A stretch of DNA of 64,000 nt from positions 246,078,001-246,142,000 of the forward strand of contig NC_067403.1 of assembly GCF_016432865.1 (NCBI RefSeq). Direction: 5' to 3'. Each line of letters begins with the position of its first letter. Positions within the stretch are counted from its first letter, which is position 1. Source of the DNA: Antechinus flavipes (Eukaryota). The position numbers and the translations under genes were made by a program. The notes beneath the pieces were generated by a model. That model saw only the letters and a list, made by a program, of their open reading frames with translations. It had not been told where the DNA came from and did not search any database. This document shows, one piece after another, positions 26,017 through 39,590 of the stretch.

Positions 26017-26417
26017 TTTCTCATGTCCTGTCAAATGAGAGATGGACACATTACAGATGTGAGAAGGAACTTAATGAATATGAAAGCAAATGCTTATATC
26101 ACTTTAGGATGCTCTACTGATCATCAAGAATCACATTCAGCTTTTTAACTTGTCTCTTTTTTCTTTCATTCCTCTTCTATCTCTGTCTCTGTCTCTCTTG
26201 GTCTGTGTCTGTTTCCCTGTCTTTATGTCTGTCTCTCTCTCCCTTCCTTTTTCCTTCCTTCCCTTTCTTTCTCCTTTCTTCCCTTCCTTCATCTCCCTCC
26301 TTCTTCTCCTTCTTATTATGCTTCTGCTTCTGCTACTTCTGATTCTTCTTCTTTCTTCTTTCTTTTTCTCTTTCTCTCTTTGTGTGTGTGTGCCTCTCCA
26401 GGTTCTTTCTGTCCATC

Positions 26418-26550
26418 NNNNNNNNNNNNNNNNNNNNNNNNNNNNNNNNNNNNNNNNNNNNNNNNNNNNNNNNNNNNNNNNNNNNNNNNNNNNNNNNNNN
26501 NNNNNNNNNNNNNNNNNNNNNNNNNNNNNNNNNNNNNNNNNNNNNNNNNN
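26418..26550. other. Assembly gap (133 N) inside a pyrimidine/simple-repeat tract
   Basis: Run of N. Confidence 1.
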
Positions 26551-27164
26551 TTTTCCACTTATAAGATTATACACAGAGAGACATAAAACAAATACATGTA
26601 TCTATGTATTCCCAATCTATCATTGTGATCTTACTACTCATGAATACTATCATATTACTCTGAATTCCATTATGATCAATAAAGTTTTAAGCCTATATGG
26701 AAGTAGAAATTTTGATTTTACAGGAGAAATAATTATATAAAATCTAAATGAAAGCTAACTAACCTTCTACACAGCCTAATGGAAAGGAAATTCTATTCAC
26801 ATATGATCCTGACCATGCTATTTACCCTTTCTCAGTTTCAATATTCTCATCTTTAAAATTGCGATAATAAAAAAAAAATGTCTTCAAGAGTTGTTGTGGG
26901 GATTAATAAATGATTATATATTAGAAGAGTTTTTAATGTGTTATAAGATGATTGCATACAAATATGTAATATGTTTTACAAATCTTAATATACAAATGTT
27001 AATTAATATTATTATTATTAATCAATGTTTGTAATTACCAGAGTGTTTTTACTAATTTACTCATGTTTGAATATAACAAATCATGAACTCAATTTCCCTT
27101 CTTTCAAGGCAACAGTTCACCTGTGATTACTGTCTTTTGTTACATCATGTCCTTTATAAGTTCA

Positions 27165-27415
27165 GGGCAGCTAGGTTGTTTAGTGGATAGAGCACAGAAT
27201 TAGACTTGAGAAGACTCGTCTTCATGAAATCAAATCTGGCCTCAGACATAATCTATCTGATTTTATGCAAGTCACTCAATCCTGCTTGCCTCAGTTTCCT
27301 CATCTGTCAAATGAGTTCGAGAAGAAAATGACAAACCACTCCTGTGTTTTTGCCAAGGGAACCCCAAATGTGCTCATGATAAATTGGACAGAATGGAAAA
27401 ATAACTGAACAATAA
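27165..27415 (+). mobile_element. MAR1-type SINE shared by the introns of copies 1-3 (also 34530-34775 and 43165-43400)
   Basis: agggcagctaggttgtttagtggatag...gagaagaaaatgacaaaccactcc, at the same position in three paralogs. Confidence 0.85.
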
Positions 27416-27933
27416 AACATTTTGATATTTTAAGAGAAAAGACCTTGCTACTTTTGATACTCTCTATTGCTTGCTCTAAATTCTCTTTCAGCTTAAATAT
27501 TCTAGAAACATCATAATGAAAGAGAAAATGAAAATTATCGTAATAGCAAATAGTTTTGGTTGTTTAAGGAAATGAATTTGACTATAGAACATACATTTCT
27601 GTGCTTTTTTTGTTCTAAGGATTCTTTCAGCAATGCATTTTTTTTTCTTATGGATGTTTGTTGACTGCATTTGATGGTTTATTTTTCAAAGTATAGAGGC
27701 TGAGTTATATAGCAACTTTTGCTAAAACTGGATAGGTCTCTAAAGTGCATGGTTGTGTATCTAAACTTAACTAGTAGCCAGGAATGGGATGAAGTGACAC
27801 ATATTGATATTACAAATTTGAGTATACGACTCAACTTTGAGTATACGACATTCAGTAAATGAGACATGTACAATAAAAACCAAAATAAGAGACTTATTAT
27901 CAACGTCCAGAAAACAAAACAAAAAAATTGCCT

Positions 27934-28250
27934 ACCTGTCAAAATGGTGAGGGTTCAGAATAGTACTACATAATTTTATTTCAGAAGAAGATCATGGCCT
28001 GAATCATGATCTTGTAGTGGGTGAGAACTAAGACCAGATGTCCTAGGTACTTTTCCCTTCCAAGATTTTTTGATGCAAAGGTAGAAAAATTTGTATCATA
28101 ATATATTTCTTGTGCTTTTTCCCTGAAGGATGACTCAAATACATTCCCAGAAAGCCATTACAACATCCCTAAGGAACCATATCAATTAGAGAAGTTTTTG
28201 AGCTGGATTCTCCTCAGTGCCCATGCTCCCATGTGACTCAGGGTTCCATA
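27934..28250 (-). promoter_or_regulatory. Putative 5' exon and promoter, OR5M copy 1
   Basis: Donor GT 27935-27934, TGACTCA 28131-28137 and 28234-28240, O/E-like TCCCTAAGGA 28166-28175, homeodomain TCAATTAG 28182-28189. Confidence 0.62.
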
Positions 28251-28514
28251 GCTTTGCCTCATAGATGAGATCCTATGGATTTGCATGTGTATTGACTGCT
28301 CTTTAACTGTTGAAAGTCACTTGGTCATTGATCATTTTATAAAGAATTTTTTGGTGATGCAAGACCAATAGGTGTCCTAGTAAATAAAGTGTATAGATTT
28401 GGAGTCAGGATAAATTGAGTTCTAATCCATTTGAAGATTGCTGGAAGTATGTACCTGGCCAAGTCATCTGACCTCTTTCATCCCCAATTTATCCATATGT
28501 AAAAATGAAAAGCT

Positions 28515-31250
28515 AATGAGATGATTCAAATCAATTCCAATTGTTCAATGATGAAGAGAGCCATCTACACCCAGAGAGAGAACTATGGGAACTGAGTATC
28601 ATTGACAGCATAGCATTTTCACTCTTCTTGTTGCTGTCTGCTTGCATTTTATTTTCCTTCACTTTTTTTCTTGTGTGGAATGAAAATTGTATAAATATGC
28701 ATTCATATATTGCATTTATCATATATTTCTGCCATGTTTAATATATATTGGCCTACTTGCTATCTAGAGGAGGGTGTGGGGGAAGGGGAGGTTATTAGAA
28801 CACAGGATTTTGCAAGGACTAATTGTTCTGAAGAATAAAAAGTTTAAAAAATAAAATAAAATAAATTTTAAAATAAAAACAATATTACATCTGTTGATTT
28901 TGTTTGTGGTAAAACTTTTTAATTTAATGTAATCAAAGTTGTCCATTTTGCTTTTCATAATGTTTTCCAGTTTTTCTTTGGTTATTAATTTCCCCCTTCT
29001 CCAAACATCTGATAGCTAAATTATTCCTTGTTCTCTTAATTTGTTTATAGTGTCATCCTTTATGTCCAAATCATGTATCTATTTTGACTTTATTTTGGTA
29101 TGGGGTGTGAGATGTAGGTCTATGATGATTTTCTAACATTATTTTCCAGTTTTCCAGCCATTTTTGTCAAATAATGAGTTCATATTTCAAAAGCTGTGTA
29201 ATAGGAGAGGTTGAATTTGTTTTTTTTCCTAGCTTTTTTAGTTGCATGCATAATTCCTTGATCTTTTTCTTCTATTTTATTTATGTAGCTTTTTAGAGAA
29301 ATAAAATTTCCCCTCAGAACTGCTTTGACTGAAACCCATGACATTTTGATATGTCGTTTCATTAATGTCTTTGTCTTGGCTGAAATTATTGATTGTGTGA
29401 TTTGTTGTTTGACCCACTCATTCTTTTGAATTAAATTATTTAATTTCCAATTGTTTTTTAGTCTATCTTTTCCTGGTCCTTAGTGAATATAATTTTTATT
29501 GCATTGTAGTTTAAAAAGGAAGAATTTACTATTTCTGCTTTTTTGCATTTCATTGTGAGGTTTTTATTCCCAAATGCATGGTCAATTTTTGTATATGTGC
29601 CCAGAGACAGAACAGTATAAACTGAGTGTGGACCACAACATAGCATTCTCACTCTATCTGTTGTTTGTTTGCATTTTGTTTTCTTTCACAGTTTTTTTTT
29701 TTCCTTTCTTCTTGATCTGATTTTTTTCTTGTACAGCAAGATAACTATATCAATATGTATACATATATTGGATTTAACATATATTTTAACATATTTAATG
29801 CATTATACTACCTGCCATCTGGGGCAGGAGGTAGAGGAAAGGAGGGGGAAATTTGGAACAAAATATTTTGCAAGCATCAGTGTTGAAGAATTACCCATGC
29901 ATAAATATATTTTGTAAAAAAAAAAAACTTTATTAATAGAAATTTTTACAAAATGTGTATGTGTCATGAATTGCTTAGTAAAAGATGTCTTCTTTTCTGT
30001 CCCTATTTATTTTTTCCACAGGTCATATCTAGATGTTCTAGGATTATATTAATCTCCCCAGTTTCTGTCTTGTTTATTTTGTGGTTAGATTTGTCTGATT
30101 TTGAGAATGGAAAATTGAGGTCCCCCACTAGAATTGTTTTTCTGTCTATTTATTTCAGTAACTGAATTAAAATCTTCTCTAAGAATTTGCCTGCTCTACC
30201 ACTTGGTGCAGAGACATTTAGTAGTGGTACTACTTCATTGTTTATATCACCCCTTTTCAAGATATTCTTTCCTTATCTCTTTAAATAAGATCTGTTTTTA
30301 CTTTTGCTTTATCTAAGATCAGAATTGCTGCTTCAGCACTTTTTTTTTTACTTAACCTGAAGCATAATAATTTTTTTTCCAGCCTTTTGCCTTTACTCTT
30401 CATGTGTTTCTCTGTCAAATGTGTTTCTTGCAAACAGCATATTGTAAGGTTATTTTTTTAATCCATTTTGCTATTCTCTTCTAATTTTTAAGAGAGTTCA
30501 TTCCATTCACATTCACAGTTATGATTAACTGCTTTCTATTTCACTCCATTCTATTTTCGCCCCCTACTTACATATGTTCTCCCTTTCCACCCTGTCCTTA
30601 GTCATATAGTGTTTTTAACCCACCCTACCCCATCTTCTATCACCCCTCCCCCTTTTCTTAATGGTGAATTTTTGACCCATGAGCTTATCTTCAATCAACC
30701 CTTCACCCTTTCTGCCCTTATTTCTATCCTGTCCCTTCTTTTTCTTTTCCTCTTTTTCCTCCTACTTTTTATAGGTTTAGATAAATTTCTATACCCAACT
30801 AAACAATTAACTTATTCCCTGCTAGAGCCAAATCAAGATTGAGAAAATGCTCACTTCCCTTCCTTCTTTCTCTAGATTGTAATTGGTCTTGGGCAACTCT
30901 CCATGTCAATAATTATCTCATTATACTTTTTCTTCCTATTTTTTCCAGTACAGACTTTTTTCTACCTTAATGTCTTTTTCTTTGATGTTATTCCATTAGA
31001 ATCCATTCACAACTGCACCCTCAGTCCATGTGATGTGTGCCCTCCTCTTTCTGCCCCAGTGTCCAGATACAGTTCTCAAGAGTTATAGCTGTTGTTTTCC
31101 TATCTAGGGATTTGAATAGTTTAATCTTTAAATAATATCTATTTTTCCCCTGTTTACCTTTCTATTCTCTTGAGTCCTGTATTTGTAACACATTCTGTTA
31201 TTTCCATTTTTTTCAATAGAAATGTTTCAAAGTCTCTTACTTCATTAAAG
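28515..31250. mobile_element. Composite of L1 fragments: plus-strand 3' UTRs (28515-28880, 29640-29930) and minus-strand ORF2/ORF1 pieces
   Basis: 3' UTR motifs with A-tails. Reverse-strand YIKLKSF and MSWVSVKAVLRG in the ORF track. Confidence 0.8.
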
Positions 31251-32525
31251 TTTCATAGCCTTCACTAAAAGATGATGCTGAATGTCCTTGGATAATTCAT
31301 TCTAGGTTTAACCCTAGGTTCTTTGCCTCCTTAGTAATCCAGGTCCACTGATCCTTTATTTTAGTAGCTGCCAGAACTTGTATAATCCAGACTGTTCCTT
31401 CTTGATATCTGAATTGAGAGCTTTAAAACTCTGCACAGATATTATCTACATTGTCATTAGTCCAACCAATGTAGAGAATCTCTTCTACAATATAGCCAGG
31501 AAATGCTCAACCAATCTTGGAGAGCTCCAAATATGGGTATCTACTATATCCCAAGGAAGTCTTTTTCATTACAGAATAACTCTAATTGCTGATGAATTTC
31601 CTAACCCCTAACAAGAAGCCTAAAGTTCATTTCTATCTATTATTCCTCCTTCTGACCCCAAAGAACAAACAGAGCACATCTAATCCCTGAATCATAGACA
31701 AACAATTCAGATATTTAAAGTCAATAATCAAACCTTTCCTCTTCAAATTTTCTTTACCAAATTTTCTCTTCTTTAGATTTAATACTCATAGTTCTCTCAA
31801 TGGAAACATTCTTTGCATAAAACAATGAAAAAAATTTACTATAAAAGAAAAATCAAAAGATTTAAAGTGAATAAATAAAACTTTCATTTTGTTTGTTTTT
31901 CAAAATTCTGAAATAATTTAAAGAAATTATAAATATAAAGAAATGATAAAGAATATAAAGAAAATTTAAAAAAACTAAATATGCACTTCATGAAGCTACA
32001 GCTGTAAATGACAAAAATGTTTCAGGCAAATTACCATTTTGCTTTTATTTGTTTCATTTTTATTCTTTTTTTTAATTATCAAGCAATTATTTTTCTTTCT
32101 CCCATCAAATGGAGGATAAAAGGGAAAAACAGATAAACAAAACACTTATAACTTTTATCAAATCAAACAGATTTCCACATTGACATATCCAAATATGTGG
32201 CTCATTTTTTATGTCTAGTTAAATAAATGAAGTTTGAAAAAGGTAAACTGTCAATGTGTACAATTCCATAGATATAGCATTCTAAAAATTTTCTTTTCTG
32301 CCTTTTCTGCCTCTAACATCGATATAATAATAATACTGTTTCATGAGTCGGTGAGATTAAATGAGATAATATTTGTAAAATATCGTACCTGGCATTAATA
32401 AATGCTTGTTTCTTTACTTTTTTTAGGGGAGACAGGAATCTTACTGAATCAGATATCTTATTTGCAAAATAAAAAGAGTAAGGTAATTTTCTTATGTAAA
32501 TCCTATGAAATTTATCCAGGCATTT

Positions 32526-33458
32526 TCATGAACGTTTTTTCTGAAATACTTTTTTCATGGCCTCATTGACATCCTTGTTTCTGAGGCTATAGATCAAGGG
32601 ATTTAGCATGGGACTCACAAAGGTATAAAAGACAGCAATCACTTTGGATTCTTCCACAGACTGCTCAGAAGGAGGTCTTAAATACATGCAAAAGAGAGTT
32701 CCATAGAATAGAACAACAGAAGTCAGGTGGGATCCACAGGTAGAAAAAGCCTTGCGTCTGCCTTCAGCAGATCGGATTCTCAAAATGGCAGCAAAGATAA
32801 AAACATAAGAACAGAGAATGGTGAGGAGAGAGCTTAAGAGAGTAAAGCCAGCTACTATGAACATGGCCATTTTTTTGACATAGACGTCAGAGCAGGACAG
32901 TAACAGGAGAGGAGGGTCAGCACAGTAGAAGTGGTTAATTTCATTGGGTCCACAGAAGGACAAGTGAAAGGTCAATATGGACTGGGAAAGGCCATTCAGG
33001 AAGCCATAGACATAGGGAACAATGACCAAGCAGAGGCAAACATTTTGGCTCATTTTGATGCTGTAATGAAGAGGGCTGCTGATGGCCACATAGCGATCAA
33101 TGGCCATAGAAGAAAGGATATATAACTCTGTAATAACCAGGGCAATGAAGGAAAGACATTGGATAAAACATCCTGCATAGGAGATGACTTTTCTCTCTGA
33201 TAGGAAATGGACTAGCATCTGAGGGGTGATGTTGGAAGAGTAACATAAATCAACGAAGGAGAGATGACTGAGGAAAAAGTACATGGGAGTATGGAGTCGT
33301 GGACTCTTATGAATCAGCATGATCATGCCCAGATTTCCCACCAAAGTGATGGTGTAGATAAGTAGAAAGACAATGAAAAGGATCTTCTGCAGTTCTGGAT
33401 CCTCAGTTAGACCCAGCAGGATGAATTCAGTTACTTCGGTATAATTTGGAGGAGACAT
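32526..33458 (-). CDS. OR5M1-like: Olfactory receptor OR5M1/OR5M10-like, copy 2, 310 aa
   Basis: Intact ORF nearly identical to copy 1; acceptor at 33470. Confidence 0.96.
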   Translation of the reverse strand: MSPPNYTEVTEFILLGLTEDPELQKILFIVFLLIYTITLVGNLGMIMLIHKSPRLHTPMYFFLSHLSFVDLCYSSNITPQMLVHFLSERKVISYAGCFIQCLSFIALVITELYILSSMAIDRYVAISSPLHYSIKMSQNVCLCLVIVPYVYGFLNGLSQSILTFHLSFCGPNEINHFYCADPPLLLLSCSDVYVKKMAMFIVAGFTLLSSLLTILCSYVFIFAAILRIRSAEGRRKAFSTCGSHLTSVVLFYGTLFCMYLRPPSEQSVEESKVIAVFYTFVSPMLNPLIYSLRNKDVNEAMKKVFQKKRS

Positions 33459-35309
33459 TTTCTCATATCCTATCAAATGAGAAATGTACACATTACAAAT
33501 GTGAGATGGGATTTAATGAATATGAAAGCAAATGCTTATATCACTTTAGAATGCTCTACTGATCATCAAGAATCACATTCAGCTTTTTAACTTGTCTCTT
33601 TTTTCTTTCATTCCTCTTCTATCTCTGTCTCTGTCTCTCTTGGTCTGTGTCGGTTTCTCTGTCTCCCTCCCTTCCTTCCTCCCTCTCTCCCTTTCTTTCT
33701 CCTTTTTCCCCTCCTCTTTCTTCTCATCCTCTTTCGCCTTCTTTTCCTTCTCCTCTTTCTCCTCTTCCTCCTGCTCCTCCTCCTCCTTCTTCTTCATTAC
33801 TTCTTTCTTTTTCTCTTTCTCCCTCTCTCCTTCTGTTTCTGTCTGTTTGTCTCTTTCTCTCTCTGTCTTTTGCTCTTTTTCTATCTCTCACTCTCTCTCT
33901 CTCTTTCTCTCCTTCTCTCTATTTCCCTCTCACACACAAAAGATTTTCCATTTATAAGATTATATACACACATATGCATGAATATATAAATTCACAATCT
34001 GCATAAATCACAATACTCTGAATTCCATTATGGTCATTAAATTTTTAAGCGTAATTGAGAGCACAATTTTTTTTTAAAGGAGACATATTCATATAAAATC
34101 TAAATGAAAGCTAAGTAACCTGCTAGACAATCTAATGGATAGGTTTTTATTCTCTTCACATGTTTATTAGCTCTCTGATCCTGACTATCTTATTTATCCT
34201 TTCTTGGTTTCAAGTTTCTCATCTTTAAAATTGGGATAATTAAAAAAATTGTCTTCAACAGTTGTGGGGAATAATAAATGATTGTATAGTAGCAGAATGT
34301 TTATGTGTTATAGGATGATTTCATACAAATATATAATGTTTTGCAAATCTTAATATACAAATGTTAACTAGTATTATCATTATGAATCAATGTTTTTAAT
34401 TACTAGAGAGGTTCCACTAACTTACTCATGTTTGAATGTACCAAATCATGAATTTAATTTCCCTTCTTTTAAGACAAAAGTCATCTTTAACTACTATCTT
34501 TTGTTATGTCATGTCATTTACAAATTCTGGGCATCTAGGTTGTTCAGTGGATAGACCACAGAATTAGAGTTGAGAAGACATCTTTATGAATTCAAATCTG
34601 GCCTCAGACACAATCTATCTGATTTTAGCAAGTCACATAATCCTGCTTGCCTCAGTTTCCTCATCTGTCAAATGAGTTAGAGAAGAAAATGATAAATCAC
34701 TCTTGTATCTTTACCAAGAGAACCCCAAATGTGCTCACGATAAGTTGGACAGGATGGAAAAATAACTGAACAACAATAAACATCTTGATATTCTAAGAGA
34801 AAAGACCTTGCTACTTTTGACATTCTCTATTGCCTGCTCTAAATTCTCTTTCATCTTAAATATTCTAGAAACATCATAATAAAAGAGAAAATGAAAATTA
34901 TCATAATAGCAAATAGTTTTGGTTGTTTAAGGGAATGAATTTGACTACAGAACTTACACTTTTGTGCTTTTGTTGTTCTAAGGATTCTTTCAGTAATGCA
35001 TTTTGTCTTATGTATGTTTGTTGATTGCATTTGATGGTTTACTTATCAAAGAAGTGTAGAGACAAACTTATATAGCAATTTTTGCTAAAACTTGATAGGT
35101 CTATAAATTGGATGATTATGTATCTGAGCTTAACTAGTAGCCAGAAATGGGATGAAGTGATACATATTAATCTTATTAATTCTGCCCAAGCACAACTTTG
35201 AATGTATGATATTCAATAAATGAGATGCATACAATAAAAACCAGAAAAGAGACTTATTCTCAGCTTTCAAAAAACAAAAACAAAAAAACAAACAAACAAA
35301 AAATCGCCT

Positions 35310-35640
35310 ACCTGTCAAAGTGGCAAAGTTTCAGAACAGTACTACATAGTTTATTTCAGAAGAAGGGCATGGCCTGCATGATTATCTTTCCATGTACCTC
35401 CTTGAATTGGGTGAGAGCTTAGAGCTGATGATGTACTAGGTACTTTTTCCTTCCAAGACTCTTTGATGTAAAGGTAGAAGGGTTTGTATCATGATATATT
35501 TCTTGTGCTTTTTCCCTGAAGGATGACTCAAATACATCCCCAGGAAGCCATTACAACATCCCTAAGAAAGCATATCAATTAGAGAAGTTTTTGAGCGGGA
35601 TTTTCCTCAGTTCCTGTGCTCCCATGTGACTCAGTGTTCC
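35310..35640 (-). promoter_or_regulatory. Putative 5' exon and promoter, OR5M copy 2
   Basis: Donor GT 35311-35310, TGACTCA 35524-35530 and 35627-35633, TCCCCAGGAA 35537-35546, TCAATTAG nearby. Confidence 0.62.
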
Positions 35641-37261
35641 CTTGCTTTGCCTCATAGGTGTGGTCCTGTGGATTTGCATGTAGATTGACTTCTTTAACTA
35701 TTGAAAGTCTATTTGTCATTGAATCTTTTTATAAAGAATTTTTTGGTGATGCAAGACCAAGAGGTGTCCTCGTGAATATAGTGTATAGTTTTAGAGTTAG
35801 GAAAACTTGAGTTTTTAATGTTCCTGGAAGTATGAATCTGTCCAAATCGTCTGACCTCTTTCATCCTCAGTTTATTCATCTGTAGAAAGGGGATGCTAAA
35901 ACATATACATGACATGGTTGTTGGGAAGCTCAAAAGAGAATGCATATGTGATATGGTTTTACAAAATTTAAAATTCTATGTAGGTATTATTTATTGACAC
36001 AAAACACATAAATATTTTGTTTAGAGGTCTAAGTTTAAAATTTTGTACTTTGTGATACTTCTATGTAGTCAACTATGGGAACATTTACAAGTTATTAGAA
36101 CTAATGAACTATTTTAGAATTCATAATAGTCCCATAATGTCTCCTGTAGATTTTAGTAAATAAACATTATCTCAGGGCATCAGATTATCTTTCCCACCAC
36201 AAACTTCATTATGAATATATTATGTGTATACTATAGTCCATATCACTGTAATAAAATAAATTTAAATTCAACTAATATTTCCAGCATGGGATAATACAAA
36301 GATTCTACACTTGGGACTTGAGTTCATTGCTTATAAGAAGACTAAATGATGTATGATGGTTCATTCATTCAAAGTCCTAAACTTAACCAAGCCTACTAAA
36401 AAAGGAAGAATTATGTGGGAAATAATGCTAAAGTGAAAAACAAAAACACTGAACTCTAAGAGCTATCTCTTAATTTCTATTCTTCAGTCAGATAACCACC
36501 TCCATAAAATTGTTTAATGAACCATGAGGAATTGAATGGTCTCTTGAGGTTTCTTCAATTCAAAGTCACAATGACTCTAACAAGGAGGGAAAGATCAGCA
36601 TTCAGAGAATCGTAGAACCAAGAATATTTGGGTTAGAAGAGGATGCCAAAAATTTATTACCCAACCTATACATGAAAAATAATCCCCTTAACCAAATGTT
36701 CTAATCTAATCTAAAAAAACCATTTAATCCAGGGCTTTCTTATGATATGATTTGGCTTGCTGAGACAATAAACACAGAATGAAAATATTCTCTGTTCTCC
36801 AGAATCTTAGAGAATACCAAGTGCTCATCAAGCCTTTTTGTGAGCACCTCCAGTGAAGGAAACTAACTGGTAATACTACTAATAATATAAGAGATAGCAT
36901 TTATATAATTTTTCAAAATTTATTGAGGTGAAACATTGGGCATAGGGCCGTCTTAATTATAAAATTGCAAATTCAAATGACTTCCCACACTAATAAACTG
37001 TGTGACATTGGGCAGATCACTTAATTGTGTTTGCTTCAACTTCTTTCACTAAGAAAATCACAAATGGAGTCATAAAGCATCAGGCATGATTGAAATAACT
37101 GAATGAACAAGATATTCCTAATTCCACTTCCTCCTCCTTATCTGCTTCATAACTAGCTCTTTTTCTATTCGAATTTTGAAATGCTCTAATCAAAAGGGAG
37201 TCACCTGTAATCTCAGATCTAATTTTTTCTCTTTGCTCCTAGTATCTCTTGCTCCAAGTTC

Positions 37262-39590
37262 TACTTTCTTTTTAAATTTATTTTTAATACATGTTGTATG
37301 AATCACATTGGGAGAGAAAAATCAAAGCAAAAGGGAAAAACCAGGGGAGAGATAAAATGAAAAACAGAAAAAAAGTGTGAACACAGCATGTTTGGATTTA
37401 CAGTGAGTCTCCATAGTTCTTTTTGTGGATGCAGATAGCATTTTCTGTCCAATTTTTTTTGGAATTGCTGTGGATCACTGAACCACTGAGAAGAACCAAA
37501 ACTTTCATAGTTGATCATCACATATTCTTGCTGTTATTGTGTACAATGTATTCCTGGTTCTGCTTGTTTTGCTCAGCAAAACAATCTTTTAAGGCCTTTC
37601 TAAAATCAGCTTGATCATAATTTTTCCTAGAACAATATTTCATTATCTTCATATACCATAACTTGTATAGCCATTTTCTGATTGATCAACTCCTTTTCCA
37701 GTTCTTTTCTACTACAAGAGAGCTGCTGCAAACATTTTTGCACATATGGATTCTTTTCCCTCTTTTAAGATTTCTTTGGTATACAGATCCAGTAATAGTA
37801 ATGCCGGGGTCAAAGGATATGCACAGTTTTATAGCCCTTTGGGCATAGTTCTAAAATGCTCTCCAGAATGGTTGGATTATTTCACAATTCCATCAACAAT
37901 TCATTAATGTCCCAGGTTTCCCACATCTCTGCCAATATTTATCATTACGCTTTCCTGTCATCTTAGCCAATATAAGAGGTATGAGGTGGTATCTCAGAGT
38001 TGTTTCAATTTGCATTTTTCTAATCAATTGTGATTTAGAGCATTTTTCATCTAACTATACATGGCTTTAATTTCATCATCTGAAAATTGTCTGTTCATAT
38101 CCCTTTGACCATTCATCAATTGGGGAATGAATTTATTCTTATAAATTTGACACAGTTCCTTATATATTTTCAAAATGAAATGTTTATCAGCAATACTGAG
38201 TGTAAAAATTTTTCCCTAGATTTGTACTTCCATTTTAATATTGTATCTGTTGGAATGATTTCAGAGAAGCTTGGAGAGACTTACATGAACTGATGCTAAG
38301 TGAAATGAGCAGAACCAGGAAATCATTACACATGGCAATAATAAGACTATACAATGATTAATTCTAATGGACTTGACTCTCTTCAACAATGAGATGATTC
38401 AAAACAGTTCCAATTGTTCAGTGATTGAGAGCCATCTACACCCAGAGTGGGAACTGAGTGTAGTTTACAACATAGCATTTTCACTCTTCTTATTGTTGTT
38501 TGTTTGCATTTTATTTTCCTTCTCTTTTTTTCTTGTGCAGCATAATTATATAAATGTGTATATGTGTATTAAATTTAACTTAGATTTCTACCATGTTTAA
38601 CATATATTGGACTACTTGTCATTTAGGGGAGGGTGTAGGAGAAGGGGGAGGAGAATTGGAACATGGAATTTTGCAAGGGATAATATTGAAAAATTGTCCT
38701 TTCATATGTTTTGAAAAATAAAAAGATTTAATAAAAATAAATAAAATAAAATAAAAATGTAATTGCCTCTTGATAGCCCTCTGACCATTTATCAAATGGG
38801 GAATGACCTTTATTCTTATAAATCTGACACAGTTCTTTATATATTTTAGACACGAGACCTTTATCAGAAATATTGAGGGTAAAGAATTTTTTCCCCAGAT
38901 TTCTACTTCCTTTTCATATTACATCTGTTGGTTTTGTTTGTGGGAAAACTTTTTTAATTTAATGTAATCAAAGTTGTCCATTTTGCTTTTCATAATATTT
39001 TCTAGTTCTTTTTTGGTCATAAATAACTTCCTTCTCCAAAAATCTGATAGTTCAATTATTCCTTGTTCTCTTAATTTGTTTATGGTATCATCCTTTATAC
39101 CCAAATCAAAGAATCCATTTCGACCTTATTTTTGTATGGTGTGTGAGATGTAGACCTATGCTGATTTTCTGACATATTATTTTCCAGTTTTCCCAGCAAT
39201 TTTTGTAAAATGGTAAGTTCATGCCCCATAACTAGAGTTTGAGGATTTATCAAATACTAGATTGCTATAGACTTTTATTATTGTGTCATAAGTATTTAAT
39301 CTCTATTAATCTCTAAACCAAACTGAATGATTAAGGTATTCCCTCCTAGACCCAAAACTGATGATATCAAGCTTCAGACAATGCTCATTCCCCTATCTTC
39401 TTTCACTAGATTTTAATAGGTCTTGTGTACATTTTCATGTGAAATAATTATTTCATTATACCTCTTCTTTCTTTTTCTTTCAATATAGACCTTTTCCTAC
39501 CCTTAATGTTTTTTTTTTCCTTTCATGTCATCACATCAGAATCCATTCACAACTGCACCCTCAGCCCATATGATGCTGCTCCCCTCTTTC
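37262..39590. mobile_element. Composite L1: minus 3' part (37262-38250), plus 3' end (38252-38757), minus ORF2 piece (38770-39240), minus 5' piece (39380-39590)
   Basis: Reverse and forward L1 3' UTR/ORF2 similarity; [10 protein letters not shown] on the minus strand. Confidence 0.82.

Noticed and set aside
26017-26049. 11-aa N-terminal extensions on OR copies 1-3 and a 28-aa extension on the OR5AP2-like ORF
   Set aside because: The upstream Mets lie in polypyrimidine tracts 5' of clear AG acceptors, and copy 4 has a stop in that frame.
26137-26740. Low-complexity ORFs, also at 33579-34006 and 42048-42414
   Set aside because: Translation of CT-rich tracts and N runs.
32931-33125. Plus-strand ORFs inside OR genes (also 12768-12962 and 41461-41712)
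   Set aside because: Antisense shadows of the OR codons, not kept at equal length among paralogs.
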